Assembly (NCBI GenBank): GCA_031255855.1
Contig: JAIRRS010000002.1
Location: forward strand, 227 to 64,226
Reading direction: 5' to 3'
Origin: Tannerellaceae bacterium
Lineage (GTDB): Bacteria > Bacteroidota > Bacteroidia > Bacteroidales > Tannerellaceae
DNA: 64,000 nucleotides
The notes beneath the pieces were generated by a model, which did not search any database, was not told the origin of the DNA, and saw only the letters and a list, made by a program, of their open reading frames with translations. This document shows, piece after piece, positions 27,394 through 37,363 of the stretch; position 1 is the first letter of the stretch, and each line of letters opens with the position of its first letter. The translations under genes were made by a program, and so were the position numbers.

Positions 27394-30300
27394 TTAACGA
27401 TGATTCGCTTGCCTGAACTGCTGAGGAGTTACCCCGGTGTGTTTTTTAAAACAACGGGTAAAATATGCCGGATTTGAAAATCCCAAACTATATGCTACTT
27501 CCGAAATTGTCAACTGATGTTTCTGCCGAAACAGAGTCATGGCATGATTCATCTTAACAGACAAGATATAATCATTCGGAGTCATACCTGTAATATGTTT
27601 GATCCGGTTGAAAAGCTGTGTTCGTCCTATCCCTAAATACCTGCTCCAACGTGTTGTGTCAAAATCTACATTTTCAAAATTGACTTCTATTACGCGGATC
27701 GCTTGCTCCAGGAAAGCCTGGTCGTGCAAATTAGTCGTCATCTCGGCCGAAGATGTTTCTCCGGTCGATTGATTATTCGATTGGTTAAGCAATCGTTTCT
27801 GATTCCTTACCAGCCGGTTGCACCGCAAATAAAGAATATTGGCATTAAACGGTTTCACAATATACTCGTCGGCGCCTGCCTGAATCACCTCAATATATTG
27901 TTTTTCAGAAGGATTAGATGACATCAAAATTACCGGAATATGCAATGTCCTTATATTCGATTTTATCATCTTACATAATTCTATCCCGGATATTCCGGAA
28001 ACGGATGTTTCCGCGATAATCAGATCCGGAATGCTGTCCGCGGCATCTTTATAACCCTCTTCCCCATTATCTTTAATTGATATATTGTATAAAGGTGAAA
28101 AGATTGTGGTGAAAAGCGTCAGCATTTCATCATTATAATCAATTAACAACAAACGGTATTTTTTATTCTGATCGTGAGTATTGTCTTCTACTCCCAACAT
28201 ATCCTCTTCTATAAATTCTTCCGTAAAAAACGGCGCCTTTTCTGTAGATTCAGCCAATATAGATAGTTCATCGTCATTAAAATGTTTCTCACCCAGTCTT
28301 AAACGGACATAAATTGTAATGACATTATCTTCTGTTTCAACAAATAATTCTCCTCTATGCAATTCAATGATTCGTTTTGCCAATACCAGCCCGATACGGT
28401 TTCCGGAAACCGAACGGATATCTGCCGGCAAATCCGCGCTATTCAATGTTTCCAGCAAACGATTCAGCATTATTTTGTTCGGGTCATTCGTATAGCAAGC
28501 AATCGTGGTCTCAAGCCAGCCCGATTTCTTCAAAAATACAACCGAGACTTTTCCCCTCGGATCAATGAGCTGGAACGCCGCGGGTAATAAATTATAAAAC
28601 ACTTTTTGCATCTGTATCCTATCGAACCAAAGCATAATAGTCTCGGCATACTGCTTAGGGTATACGAACGATTTACCTTGAGCATAAACAGCGAATGAAA
28701 GACATACTTCCTGTATGAAATCGGGAAACGAAAAACTATTTACCCTCAAACTTAATTTATTCAATCCCGTTTGGTGCAAATCCAGAAATTCAGTAATTAC
28801 ATTCTGAAGAAAATAAGCCTGTTTACGTATCTGCATAATCTTCGATTTCCTCAGACCGGAAAATTCCTGCAATAAACTATACGAAATAGATATGATCAAT
28901 GTCAACGGCGTCCTGAATGCATTGGATATGCTGGTGAAAAAATCAATCTGATTGCGGTTTATCTCTTCCATGCGATCGATTTCCCGCCGTTCTATTTCCA
29001 ATGAGGCCTGTAATTCCGCTTTTCCTTTATAAAAAAGCCAGAAAATACGTAATAGCACAGTCACAATAATAATATATAGCAGGAAAGCCGGCCAGGAAAA
29101 CCAAAAAGGTGACTTGATCTTTACATTCAACATGATTTTCTTGTCGGGATTGGTCGTTTCTTGAATAACCAACTGATAATTACCCGGTCTCAGTGAAGAA
29201 TAAGTAATTGTTTTATGTTCCGTATAATTCCAGAAGTTGTCCAACCCTTCCAGTTTATACCGGTAGCGGGTATGATAGGCCGGTATATAATTGGATGTGG
29301 CGAATATAAAATTCAATGTGTTTTGGTCATATGGCAGCACCAATTCTTTTAAATCAACTACATTCTTCTGCCGGTAAGGCTTATTATTGACCAACAAAGA
29401 GGAAAGATAAAACGAATAAGTATTATTAAGCACATGCATTTCCCGTTCATTAAATGAGAGCATGCCATATAAGCCGCCTACATAGATATCACTTGTTTGT
29501 GATGAAACAAATAATCCACAATCTTCGCCGATTTCCAAAATCGGATACGAACCATTTAACAAGACATGCCGGGATGAATCAATGGTTTTCTGCGCCGAAA
29601 TATTCAATAAAGTTATCCCCTGGCTGGATGTTACTACTAAGTTTCCACCGGATGTTAATGCCAGGTTGTAACATATATCATTTAACAACCAGTTGTCTTT
29701 TACCGAAAAGACACGGAAAGAGTCAATTTCGGCAATATAGTTTAACAAGCCCGATTTGGAAGTGGCAAAAAACAATCCCTGTTTCGAATCGCCACAAATA
29801 GAAACGATTGCGCTTGGCAACTTTCCCCGGCCTCCCGACCCGATATTATACGAACGGATTAACTTCTCCTCCGACAAATCGACGGTAAAAAGCCCATCCT
29901 TCAATGTCGAAACCCATAATACATTACAATCATCAATATGGATCGTGCGTATAAATCCGGAACATAATTTCCTTAATCCGGCTTCCCGGAAAAGGCCGGA
30001 TATTTCCTGTGTATTCCGATTCATCTGATAAATGCCATCCTGAGTCAGCAATATCAACTTATTGCGATAAGGTATGATTTTCTCAACAATTTTTTTCAAT
30101 CGGGAATCCAACGTATCACTCCGGATAGATCCGGTTTTTCCCGTATTCACATCCAGATAATACAGGCCTTCCATATACACGCTGATATACAATTTATTAT
30201 ATTCTTCATCAAACCATAAAGCACGAATTTTATCATTGGGCAACTGACCGGACGCTGCTTTGAGATGCCGGACCGTTCCCGTTTTTTTATTGATAATATT

Positions 30301-31425
30301 AATTCCGCTACCTTCTGTCGCGATATATAAGTTTCCGGTTTTATCTTCAGCCATATTTCCTAACACGACCCCATGAATCTCGTCAGGCCGCTTCTCATCT
30401 GTTTTCCAGAAATTATAATTATCCGTTTGCGGATTAAAATAACGAACAGTCCCATAATACGAACCTATCCAGATTGTACCTTGCCGATCCGTACACAAAG
30501 CATAAATCATGGAGGTGGGCAACAGAAGGTCTGGGCTCGCCCGCAGGCTATTTGTGGAGATTAGATAAATACCGGCTATTGTCCCCATCCATATATTCCC
30601 GGTTGAAGGACTTTCAGTGAAACAAAAGACTTCCCCGTTATATATCGTTCCGTTTTCGTATTGGAGAGACTGCACTTGTTCTTCCGGAGAAACAATGAAT
30701 ACCCGTCGAGACCTGGAGCTTACCCAAATATGGCCATGTGAATCCCGGTAGAGACTATTTATACTTTCCGAATGTATGATCTGCCTGGCATGATACTTTC
30801 CATCGAGAGATTCTTCTACTTTAAACAATCCCGTAGTCGCACCTAACCATATTTCATTATTGGCAGATATGAGAATCGATATAATGGCCGTACCTTCCGG
30901 AAGCTCACATACCACATTCTTCGATCCCACCTCAACATCATATATATATAGCCGGTTTTCATACGAAAAATAAACATGATTTCTCCCTGAATATATCGCA
31001 TCTGCCTTTATTTCGGGTCGTATAAATTTATTGGTAATCAAATCCAAACAAATTAATTGCTCCGCCGCCAGTAGATATAACGTTGAATCATTGCCGCAAA
31101 TACCGTGAATATCGGCGTCTTCAATATCCTCAAAATATTCGGATAACCTGTAAATCATTACATCATCTCCATTATAACAATTCAGCACTTCATTCCCAAT
31201 CCACATGCGCCCCCAACTGTCTTGCCAGATAGATATGGCGGATGCCTGAGTCATTCCCTGCGCGGGTCCGAGTGTTCTGAAAGACCGCTCTTTCCCATGC
31301 ACTGAAAGACAAAAAAACACCAACATCAATGCAAAATAAAATAATCTTTTTACAGGCATTTTAACAAAACATTTCTCCAATTTATCAGCCAAAGGTAAAG
31401 AATAATCATACAACATCGTACGCAT
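27394..31425 (-). CDS. Hybrid two-component system regulator (beta-propeller/Y_Y_Y sensor – TM – HisKA/HATPase – REC – AraC HTH) with substituted phospho-acceptor residues
   Basis: It has the canonical HTCS layout, but the H-box reads FFTSISNAFRTPLTLI (Asn835 where His is expected, codon 28921-28923). The N-box is NLLPAAF and no DxGxG G1 box is seen. The receiver acceptor reads PDLIIAET (Glu1139, codon 28009-28011). The AraC HTH is at the C-terminus. An alternative start is the ATG at 31359. Confidence 0.9.
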   Translation of the reverse strand: MRTMLYDYSLPLADKLEKCFVKMPVKRLFYFALMLVFFCLSVHGKERSFRTLGPAQGMTQASAISIWQDSWGRMWIGNEVLNCYNGDDVMIYRLSEYFEDIEDADIHGICGNDSTLYLLAAEQLICLDLITNKFIRPEIKADAIYSGRNHVYFSYENRLYIYDVEVGSKNVVCELPEGTAIISILISANNEIWLGATTGLFKVEESLDGKYHARQIIHSESINSLYRDSHGHIWVSSRSRRVFIVSPEEQVQSLQYENGTIYNGEVFCFTESPSTGNIWMGTIAGIYLISTNSLRASPDLLLPTSMIYALCTDRQGTIWIGSYYGTVRYFNPQTDNYNFWKTDEKRPDEIHGVVLGNMAEDKTGNLYIATEGSGINIINKKTGTVRHLKAASGQLPNDKIRALWFDEEYNKLYISVYMEGLYYLDVNTGKTGSIRSDTLDSRLKKIVEKIIPYRNKLILLTQDGIYQMNRNTQEISGLFREAGLRKLCSGFIRTIHIDDCNVLWVSTLKDGLFTVDLSEEKLIRSYNIGSGGRGKLPSAIVSICGDSKQGLFFATSKSGLLNYIAEIDSFRVFSVKDNWLLNDICYNLALTSGGNLVVTSSQGITLLNISAQKTIDSSRHVLLNGSYPILEIGEDCGLFVSSQTSDIYVGGLYGMLSFNEREMHVLNNTYSFYLSSLLVNNKPYRQKNVVDLKELVLPYDQNTLNFIFATSNYIPAYHTRYRYKLEGLDNFWNYTEHKTITYSSLRPGNYQLVIQETTNPDKKIMLNVKIKSPFWFSWPAFLLYIIIVTVLLRIFWLFYKGKAELQASLEIERREIDRMEEINRNQIDFFTSISNAFRTPLTLIISISYSLLQEFSGLRKSKIMQIRKQAYFLQNVITEFLDLHQTGLNKLSLRVNSFSFPDFIQEVCLSFAVYAQGKSFVYPKQYAETIMLWFDRIQMQKVFYNLLPAAFQLIDPRGKVSVVFLKKSGWLETTIACYTNDPNKIMLNRLLETLNSADLPADIRSVSGNRIGLVLAKRIIELHRGELFVETEDNVITIYVRLRLGEKHFNDDELSILAESTEKAPFFTEEFIEEDMLGVEDNTHDQNKKYRLLLIDYNDEMLTLFTTIFSPLYNISIKDNGEEGYKDAADSIPDLIIAETSVSGISGIELCKMIKSNIRTLHIPVILMSSNPSEKQYIEVIQAGADEYIVKPFNANILYLRCNRLVRNQKRLLNQSNNQSTGETSSAEMTTNLHDQAFLEQAIRVIEVNFENVDFDTTRWSRYLGIGRTQLFNRIKHITGMTPNDYILSVKMNHAMTLFRQKHQLTISEVAYSLGFSNPAYFTRCFKKHTGVTPQQFRQANHR

Positions 31426-31599
31426 ACCTTATAAAATCGTACGGTAAACGATTCTATACCGTTAAAAATAAGATTATGGCATCTATGAATCAATCCCGTC
31501 TTTTACATTTGTTAATAAACAAAAAGAAAAAGGAAAATACATTTTCATTCAAAAATGAGATTATATATTGAAATTAATTATTAAAAAAATCATCAAATT

Positions 31600-34500
31600 A
31601 TGACGAGAGTTTACAGATCTGTAAGCATGTTATTATTAGCTGTTGTATTCAGTTCTCTCGGAACAACGAATGCATGGAATGGCCCGGCAATAGAAAAAGC
31701 TGCCGTATCCCAGCAAAAGAAAAAAGTGACGGGTATAGTAGAAGATGAGCTGGGGCCGGTTGCCGGAGCGGCTGTGGTCATAAAAGGTACAACTACAGGG
31801 AGTATTACCGATATGGACGGCCAGTTTTCAATGGATGTAAACAATGGTGAAACGATTGTCGTTTCTTTTCTGGGGTATGTTACACAGGAAATCAAGTACA
31901 CCGGACAAGAGCATTTGACAATTAAATTAGTAGAAGATGCACAGGCGCTGGACGAAGTAGTGGTAACGGCGCTAGGTATGAAGCGCTCTGAAAAATCATT
32001 GGGATATGCCATGACAGAGTTAAAAGGAAATGAATTGAATACTAATTTAATCAATCCTGTTGCTGCTTTACAAGGAAAAGTTGCCGGGCTGGAAATTTCC
32101 GGGTCAGATGGAGGTTCTTTTGGTTCAACCAAAGTTCAAATCCGTGGAGTTTCTACTTTAAAGAAGAACAACCAACCCATCTATGTAGTAGATGGAATTA
32201 TCTTATCCAACGATATCAAGGAGGGAGATCCGGATTGGGATGGAAATGCGAATGATTACGGAAATGAGCTAAAAAACCTGAATCCTGATGATTTCGAAAC
32301 GATATCAGTTTTAAAAGGCGCTGCAGCTACAGCCTTATACGGTTCACGTGGTTTGAACGGAGCTATTGTAATCACTACTAAAAATGGTAGAGCCGGACAA
32401 GGATTAGGCATTCATTTTACTCAAACAGTCGGAATGGAGATGGTTACTGCATCACCTAATTTACAAAATGTATATGGAGATGGTACGGCTGCCGGATATG
32501 TTGAATATGGAGAAAAAGACGCCAGTGGTAATTATTATATTTTTGACAACTACCGTCAGTTTGCTCTAAATAATAGTAAGCGTGAAACTTTTATCCCTAA
32601 TCAAGGGATGGGTTTCGGTCCTGCATTTGATGGTCGTGAAATTGAATATTATGATGGCACATATCGTTCATATAGTCCGGTGAAGAACAATTTTAGAAAG
32701 GCATATGATACAGGTTTTAACTCTAACACCAATATAGCAATTAGTGGAGGAAATGATAAAACAACATTCTATACTTCATTAGGATATAGATATGCAAAAG
32801 GTATATTACCGAACAATGAATTTCAACGTTTTTCTTTTTTAGGTAAAGCTTCTCATAAAATCACTAATCGAGTTAGATTAGATATTAGTATGTCTTTTGC
32901 TAATTCAATGCCTAAAAATCCATTAACCAACATTGGCGAACAATTTGTAAACGGGAATTGGGGACGTTCTTATGACCCTTCCTATTCAAAGAAAAAATAT
33001 CAGGGATCGCATGGTGGTCAAGCAAGTACAGATTATGGAGACGAATATGGCAATATGCCAGGGTTGGGAACTTGGTGGAGAATCTACAAGCACAGCTATG
33101 AGCAAAAAGAGACATCTGTACGTCCTGTAGTCAAGTTGGAAATTGATTTACTGGATTGGTTGAAATTTAACACCGAGGGAAGTTACAACTACTATTACAC
33201 TCGTTACGAAGGAAAAGAATTAGGTAGCGGTTATGCCAATGAAGGCGGTAAATATGAAATGCGATTGCGTGCAAAAGAACAGACAAACCTGAACACAAAC
33301 TTCATCGCTAATAAAACATTCGGAGATTGGACTGTAAGTGGTTTTTTGCGTGGAGAATACTTTAATGAATTTTTACAACAACAAGAAATGAATACAGAAG
33401 GCGGCTTAGTTGTACCCGGACAATATTTTATCGCCAACTCAAAGCAAACGCCCAAATACACAGCAAAGATTAAAGATACAAAAAGAATTCTTTCTGTTGC
33501 ATTTCAAGCCGGTATAAGTTGGAAAGATCAGGTATTTGTGGATGCAACCGGACGCAACGACTGGTCTTCTTCATTAGTTTATAGTGATGGCCATGGCACT
33601 TATTCTTATTTTTATCCATCTGTTAATGGTTCTTGGTTAATAACAAATACATTCCAAGATCAATTGCCTGAATGGATTTCTTTTGCAAAAATTCGTGGTT
33701 CGTGGGCTCAGGTAGGTAGTGATACAGATCCTTATACAATAAACTCTGCGTATGAGTTAACAACTTCAACTTCCGGAAGCACCAATTATTATGGTTTAAA
33801 AACACCTACTAAAGTTAATAGTACAAATTTAAAACCAGAACGTAAAAATGCATGGGAAGTTGGTTTGGATTGGCGTTTTGTAAATAACCGGTTTGGCGTT
33901 GACTTTACTTACTATAAAGAAAATACAAAAGACCAGATTATGGAAATAGCCGTACCTTATCAATCTGGTATTTTGAAACAACTTATTAATGCTGGAAATA
34001 TTCAAAATAAAGGGGTTGAATTAGCCTTAAATGTTGTGCCGATTCAAACAAAAGATTTAGAATGGGGTCTGAATTTCACTTATACCAAAAATGACAATAA
34101 AATCATTTCGTTGCATGAAAATGTAGCTGATTATATCGTATTATCAGGAGATGTAGCTTATGGAAATTACCGTATCGGTTCTGTAGCTAAAGTCGGTTCA
34201 TCTTATGGTACATTAATGACGGATAGTTATCTTAAAATAGATAAATCATCGGGCATGCCTGTTTTAGTTTGGACAGAATCTATGAAACGTGCTAACTACT
34301 TACGTAATGAAGCAGAAATACACGAAATTGGCTCTATGATTCCGGATTTTTTAGGTTCTGTATCAACAAACCTCAAATACAAAAACTGGAGTTTATATGT
34401 TGGATTAGATATGCGTTTCGGTGGTTATGTTGCTTCTTATAATTCACGTTATGGAACTGCTTATGGATACACGAAAAATTCATTAAACGGCTCCCCTGGT

Positions 34501-35028
34501 CATGGTGGTATTACTTGGACTTCTAAATTTGATGGCAAGACTTATCATGATGGAGTTGTGCCTGAAGGAATTTTTGCAGAAGGAACAACTATTGCACAAG
34601 CTGACGGAAGTACTTATACAGTAGGAACAGGTGGTATCTCAAATGCCGGAGAATCTTATCAGGAATTAATCAATAAAGGTGTGATTGAACCTACTCATTC
34701 ATCTGCTTGGGCATATCGTAATAATGCATGGACGATGGCAGGCCGCAATTATGGAGTTGTTTCAAAAGATTGGGTGAAGGAATTAAATTATATCGCGTTG
34801 CGCGACATCTCTATTAGTTATCAAGTACCATCCAGTTTTTGCAAAAAATTAAACGCCACAAGTTTGAATTTAACATTAGCCGGACATAACTTAGGCTACT
34901 TACTGAACACCATGCCAAGTGGGGAAAATCCAGAATCGGTAAGCGGTACAGCTGCTGCTGAATTCCGTGTACGTTCGTACCAAGGAGTTACGTCCAGTTA
35001 TACATTTACACTGAATGTAGGATTCTAA
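31600..35028 (+). CDS. SusC/RagA-family TonB-dependent receptor
   Basis: The 1142-aa protein has a signal peptide, CarboxypepD_reg (VTGIVEDELGPVAGAAVVIKGTTTGSITDMDGQFSM), the SusC plug (LDEVVVTALGMKRSEKSLGYA), AALYGSRGLNGAIVITTK and a C-terminal F. Confidence 0.92.
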   Translation: MTRVYRSVSMLLLAVVFSSLGTTNAWNGPAIEKAAVSQQKKKVTGIVEDELGPVAGAAVVIKGTTTGSITDMDGQFSMDVNNGETIVVSFLGYVTQEIKYTGQEHLTIKLVEDAQALDEVVVTALGMKRSEKSLGYAMTELKGNELNTNLINPVAALQGKVAGLEISGSDGGSFGSTKVQIRGVSTLKKNNQPIYVVDGIILSNDIKEGDPDWDGNANDYGNELKNLNPDDFETISVLKGAAATALYGSRGLNGAIVITTKNGRAGQGLGIHFTQTVGMEMVTASPNLQNVYGDGTAAGYVEYGEKDASGNYYIFDNYRQFALNNSKRETFIPNQGMGFGPAFDGREIEYYDGTYRSYSPVKNNFRKAYDTGFNSNTNIAISGGNDKTTFYTSLGYRYAKGILPNNEFQRFSFLGKASHKITNRVRLDISMSFANSMPKNPLTNIGEQFVNGNWGRSYDPSYSKKKYQGSHGGQASTDYGDEYGNMPGLGTWWRIYKHSYEQKETSVRPVVKLEIDLLDWLKFNTEGSYNYYYTRYEGKELGSGYANEGGKYEMRLRAKEQTNLNTNFIANKTFGDWTVSGFLRGEYFNEFLQQQEMNTEGGLVVPGQYFIANSKQTPKYTAKIKDTKRILSVAFQAGISWKDQVFVDATGRNDWSSSLVYSDGHGTYSYFYPSVNGSWLITNTFQDQLPEWISFAKIRGSWAQVGSDTDPYTINSAYELTTSTSGSTNYYGLKTPTKVNSTNLKPERKNAWEVGLDWRFVNNRFGVDFTYYKENTKDQIMEIAVPYQSGILKQLINAGNIQNKGVELALNVVPIQTKDLEWGLNFTYTKNDNKIISLHENVADYIVLSGDVAYGNYRIGSVAKVGSSYGTLMTDSYLKIDKSSGMPVLVWTESMKRANYLRNEAEIHEIGSMIPDFLGSVSTNLKYKNWSLYVGLDMRFGGYVASYNSRYGTAYGYTKNSLNGSPGHGGITWTSKFDGKTYHDGVVPEGIFAEGTTIAQADGSTYTVGTGGISNAGESYQELINKGVIEPTHSSAWAYRNNAWTMAGRNYGVVSKDWVKELNYIALRDISISYQVPSSFCKKLNATSLNLTLAGHNLGYLLNTMPSGENPESVSGTAAAEFRVRSYQGVTSSYTFTLNVGF

Positions 35029-35067
35029 ATGTGGTTGATTATTGTGAAATATAAATTAAAACAGAAT

Positions 35068-36942
35068 ATGAAAAGAAATAAAAATATAATCGTATCACTT
35101 CTGATAACATCCGCTCTATTTACTACAAGTTGTAAGGATGATTTTGCAGACTTGAATACAGATCCGGCAAATGTAACTGAAGGTAATCCTTCATTCTTAT
35201 TTGCTCAAGGGATTCTTGAATTTGAACCTTCAGGATATACTTATTGGTTTTATAATGCATCCGAAATATATCAATGGGTACAAACCGGGGTACATATAGG
35301 TGGAATATCTTCTTCGCTTGCTGATGGAGCGCCTGCGCAAAGTTTTAAATCTATTGATGTTCTCAAATATGCGAATGAATTGAAATATGTTCGTTCTCAA
35401 ATGGACGAGGAAGAAAGTGAAAAATATGTTCAATATGCAGCAGCTTTGGATGTCTTGTGCGTATATATGGGAATTTATGATTCTGATTTTATTGGTAGCA
35501 TACCTTATACAGAAGGAGCACAAGCGGCCCATGGCGGTACATTAACACCTAATTACGACCGTGTTGAAGATTTATATAATTTATGGTTGACTAGCTTGGA
35601 TAAAGATATACAAGTATTAACAACCGCAGCAAATCAAGTTTTCCAAGCATCACAGGATCCTGTTTACAATGGAAATGTTAGCAAATGGGCTAAACTTGCT
35701 AATTCATTAAAATTAAAAATAGCAGCAAGACTTATTAATCAGGATCGTAACAAAGCATTAAATATTGCCGGAGAAGTTGCAAAAGCGTCATGTGGCGTAT
35801 TAAACGGAGAAGCTGATGACTTTCTTTTTAATAAAGCGACAAGTAGTACTTCCGATAATGATTATCCTTACCATTGGTCTAATGGTGTTTTAAGATCTGT
35901 CGCAAGTTCTCAAACAGTAATCGATTTTCTGGTAAAAAATAAAGACCCACGTGTTCGGTTTATTTATTCGAAAAATAGATGGAACTCAAAAGTTGTTCAA
36001 TTGTTCTTTGATGCCAAACGTGAAAATGATGTACCTAAATATATTATGGATAACGTAGATTATGAAGTTGGTGTAAATGGCATTTATCAATTTAAAGGCT
36101 GGAAAGGCGCTGGTGAACCATGGGTACGTTATCATGGTTTACCTTTAGCTTTTGGCGCCGGACAACAAGCAGGTACTTATGGCGATTGGTTTAATTATGA
36201 AATTCAATGTCGATATGATGAAAATTATACCTATCGCCCTTATTCCATGTTTAATGAAGAAATGGTTTACGGACGTCTTGACTTTACATATCCAACAATA
36301 CCTGGAGATGCAGCTATTCAAGATATTGAAGATATGCCTTGGTGGGGTATGTATATGACAACATCCGAAGTCAATTTATATTTAGCTGAATTCAGTTTAT
36401 TAGGAGCAAATCTTCCGGAGAGTGCACAGACTTATTTTAATAAAGCTTTGCCTGCATCCGTAAGAGAGTATAACCGTTTAGCTGCCAATAACCGAATTCC
36501 TTATTATGGCACAACATATAATAACTATGATCCATATGAAAAAGCAATTGACTTGGTAGATGGCGAAATTGAAACGATGATGGCTAATGCTGATTATCAA
36601 TTAACGGGTAATAAAACGACTGATTTGGAAAAAGTATATATCCAACAAATTTTGCATTTCAGCATGTTACCTATTGAACAATATACAACAGCTCGTCGTT
36701 CGGGTGTTCCTGCAATCGGTTCAAGTCTCTTTAAACGTTCTGATTACAGTCAAATCCCTGTATCTTCGATCCCTCGCCGTATGGCACTTAATGCGCCTTC
36801 TCTTACAGACTTAATGTATAATGTATTAATGGAGTCTTATAAAGAACAAGGTTATACTGTGGGATCAGGAACAATTTTGAATTCAGAACGTGTATGGCAA
36901 GATAAGAATAATCCACAATGGGGAGCGGGTCCTAATATGTAA
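35068..36942 (+). CDS. SusD/RagB-family lipoprotein
   Basis: It has a lipoprotein signal MKRNKNIIVSLLITSALFTTSC|KDD and lies immediately after SusC. It is TPR-like and helical with an aromatic-rich C-terminal half. I chose the start at 35068, the ATG preceding the lipobox. Confidence 0.9.
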   Translation: MKRNKNIIVSLLITSALFTTSCKDDFADLNTDPANVTEGNPSFLFAQGILEFEPSGYTYWFYNASEIYQWVQTGVHIGGISSSLADGAPAQSFKSIDVLKYANELKYVRSQMDEEESEKYVQYAAALDVLCVYMGIYDSDFIGSIPYTEGAQAAHGGTLTPNYDRVEDLYNLWLTSLDKDIQVLTTAANQVFQASQDPVYNGNVSKWAKLANSLKLKIAARLINQDRNKALNIAGEVAKASCGVLNGEADDFLFNKATSSTSDNDYPYHWSNGVLRSVASSQTVIDFLVKNKDPRVRFIYSKNRWNSKVVQLFFDAKRENDVPKYIMDNVDYEVGVNGIYQFKGWKGAGEPWVRYHGLPLAFGAGQQAGTYGDWFNYEIQCRYDENYTYRPYSMFNEEMVYGRLDFTYPTIPGDAAIQDIEDMPWWGMYMTTSEVNLYLAEFSLLGANLPESAQTYFNKALPASVREYNRLAANNRIPYYGTTYNNYDPYEKAIDLVDGEIETMMANADYQLTGNKTTDLEKVYIQQILHFSMLPIEQYTTARRSGVPAIGSSLFKRSDYSQIPVSSIPRRMALNAPSLTDLMYNVLMESYKEQGYTVGSGTILNSERVWQDKNNPQWGAGPNM

Positions 36943-36960
36943 TGATTGAAATTTAGAAAA

Positions 36961-36999
36961 AATGAGAACCACTGTAAATTTAACAATGGTTCTCATTTT
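36961..36999 (+). terminator. Terminator hairpin after susD-like gene
   Basis: aatgagaacca (36961-36971) pairs with tggttctcatt (36987-36997), followed by a run of T residues. It lies 19 nt after the stop. Confidence 0.55.
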
Positions 37000-37051
37000 A
37001 AGAAACAGAATTGACGACAGTGATTTTATTAGGATAAGGTTACATACAAAT

Positions 37052-37095
37052 AAAAACAGAGAGGTTTACTTTTCCTTGTAAACCTCTCTGTTTTA
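37052..37095. terminator. Bidirectional hairpin downstream of the tRNA
   Basis: The 15-bp perfect stem aacagagaggtttac (37055-37069) pairs with gtaaacctctctgtt (37078-37092). It is flanked by an A-run on the left and a T-run on the right, and lies 3 nt from the tRNA 3' end. Confidence 0.6.
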
Positions 37096-37097
37096 AG

Positions 37098-37171
37098 TAG
37101 CGCGACCCAGGATTGAACTGGGGACCTCATGATTATGAATCATGCGCTCTAACCGGCTGAGCTATCGCGCC
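37098..37171 (-). tRNA. tRNA with CAT anticodon (elongator Met, or Ile2 if lysidine-modified)
   Basis: The minus strand reads GGCGCGA TA GCTC AGCCGGTTA GAGC G CATGA TTCATAA TCATG AGGTC CCCAG TTCAATC CTGGG TCGCGCT A. This folds into a complete 74-nt cloverleaf with a G1·U72 wobble and no encoded CCA. It lacks the three G-C pairs in the anticodon stem that mark initiator tRNA. Confidence 0.9.
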
Positions 37172-37363
37172 ATTACCGTTTGTTTCGAACGGTGCAAAAG
37201 TAGAGGTTATTTTTCTCTTATGCAACTCTTTTCTGAAAAAAATGCCGCCTTGAAACTCATCTTTCATAAAAGCTATTGTGTATATAAAACAATATTTCTA
37301 TAACAAACATCATACTTTTCGATTCTTTTTACGTATCTTGGGGCAAATTTAATTGTATGAGGG

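Noticed and set aside
37098-37171. The G1·U72 wobble and lack of encoded CCA in the tRNA(CAT), as a sign of a pseudo-tRNA or an integration hotspot.
   Set aside because: The cloverleaf is otherwise perfect with a canonical T-loop and D-loop. Non-encoded CCA is normal in many bacteria. No integrase or direct repeat of the tRNA 3' end is present nearby.
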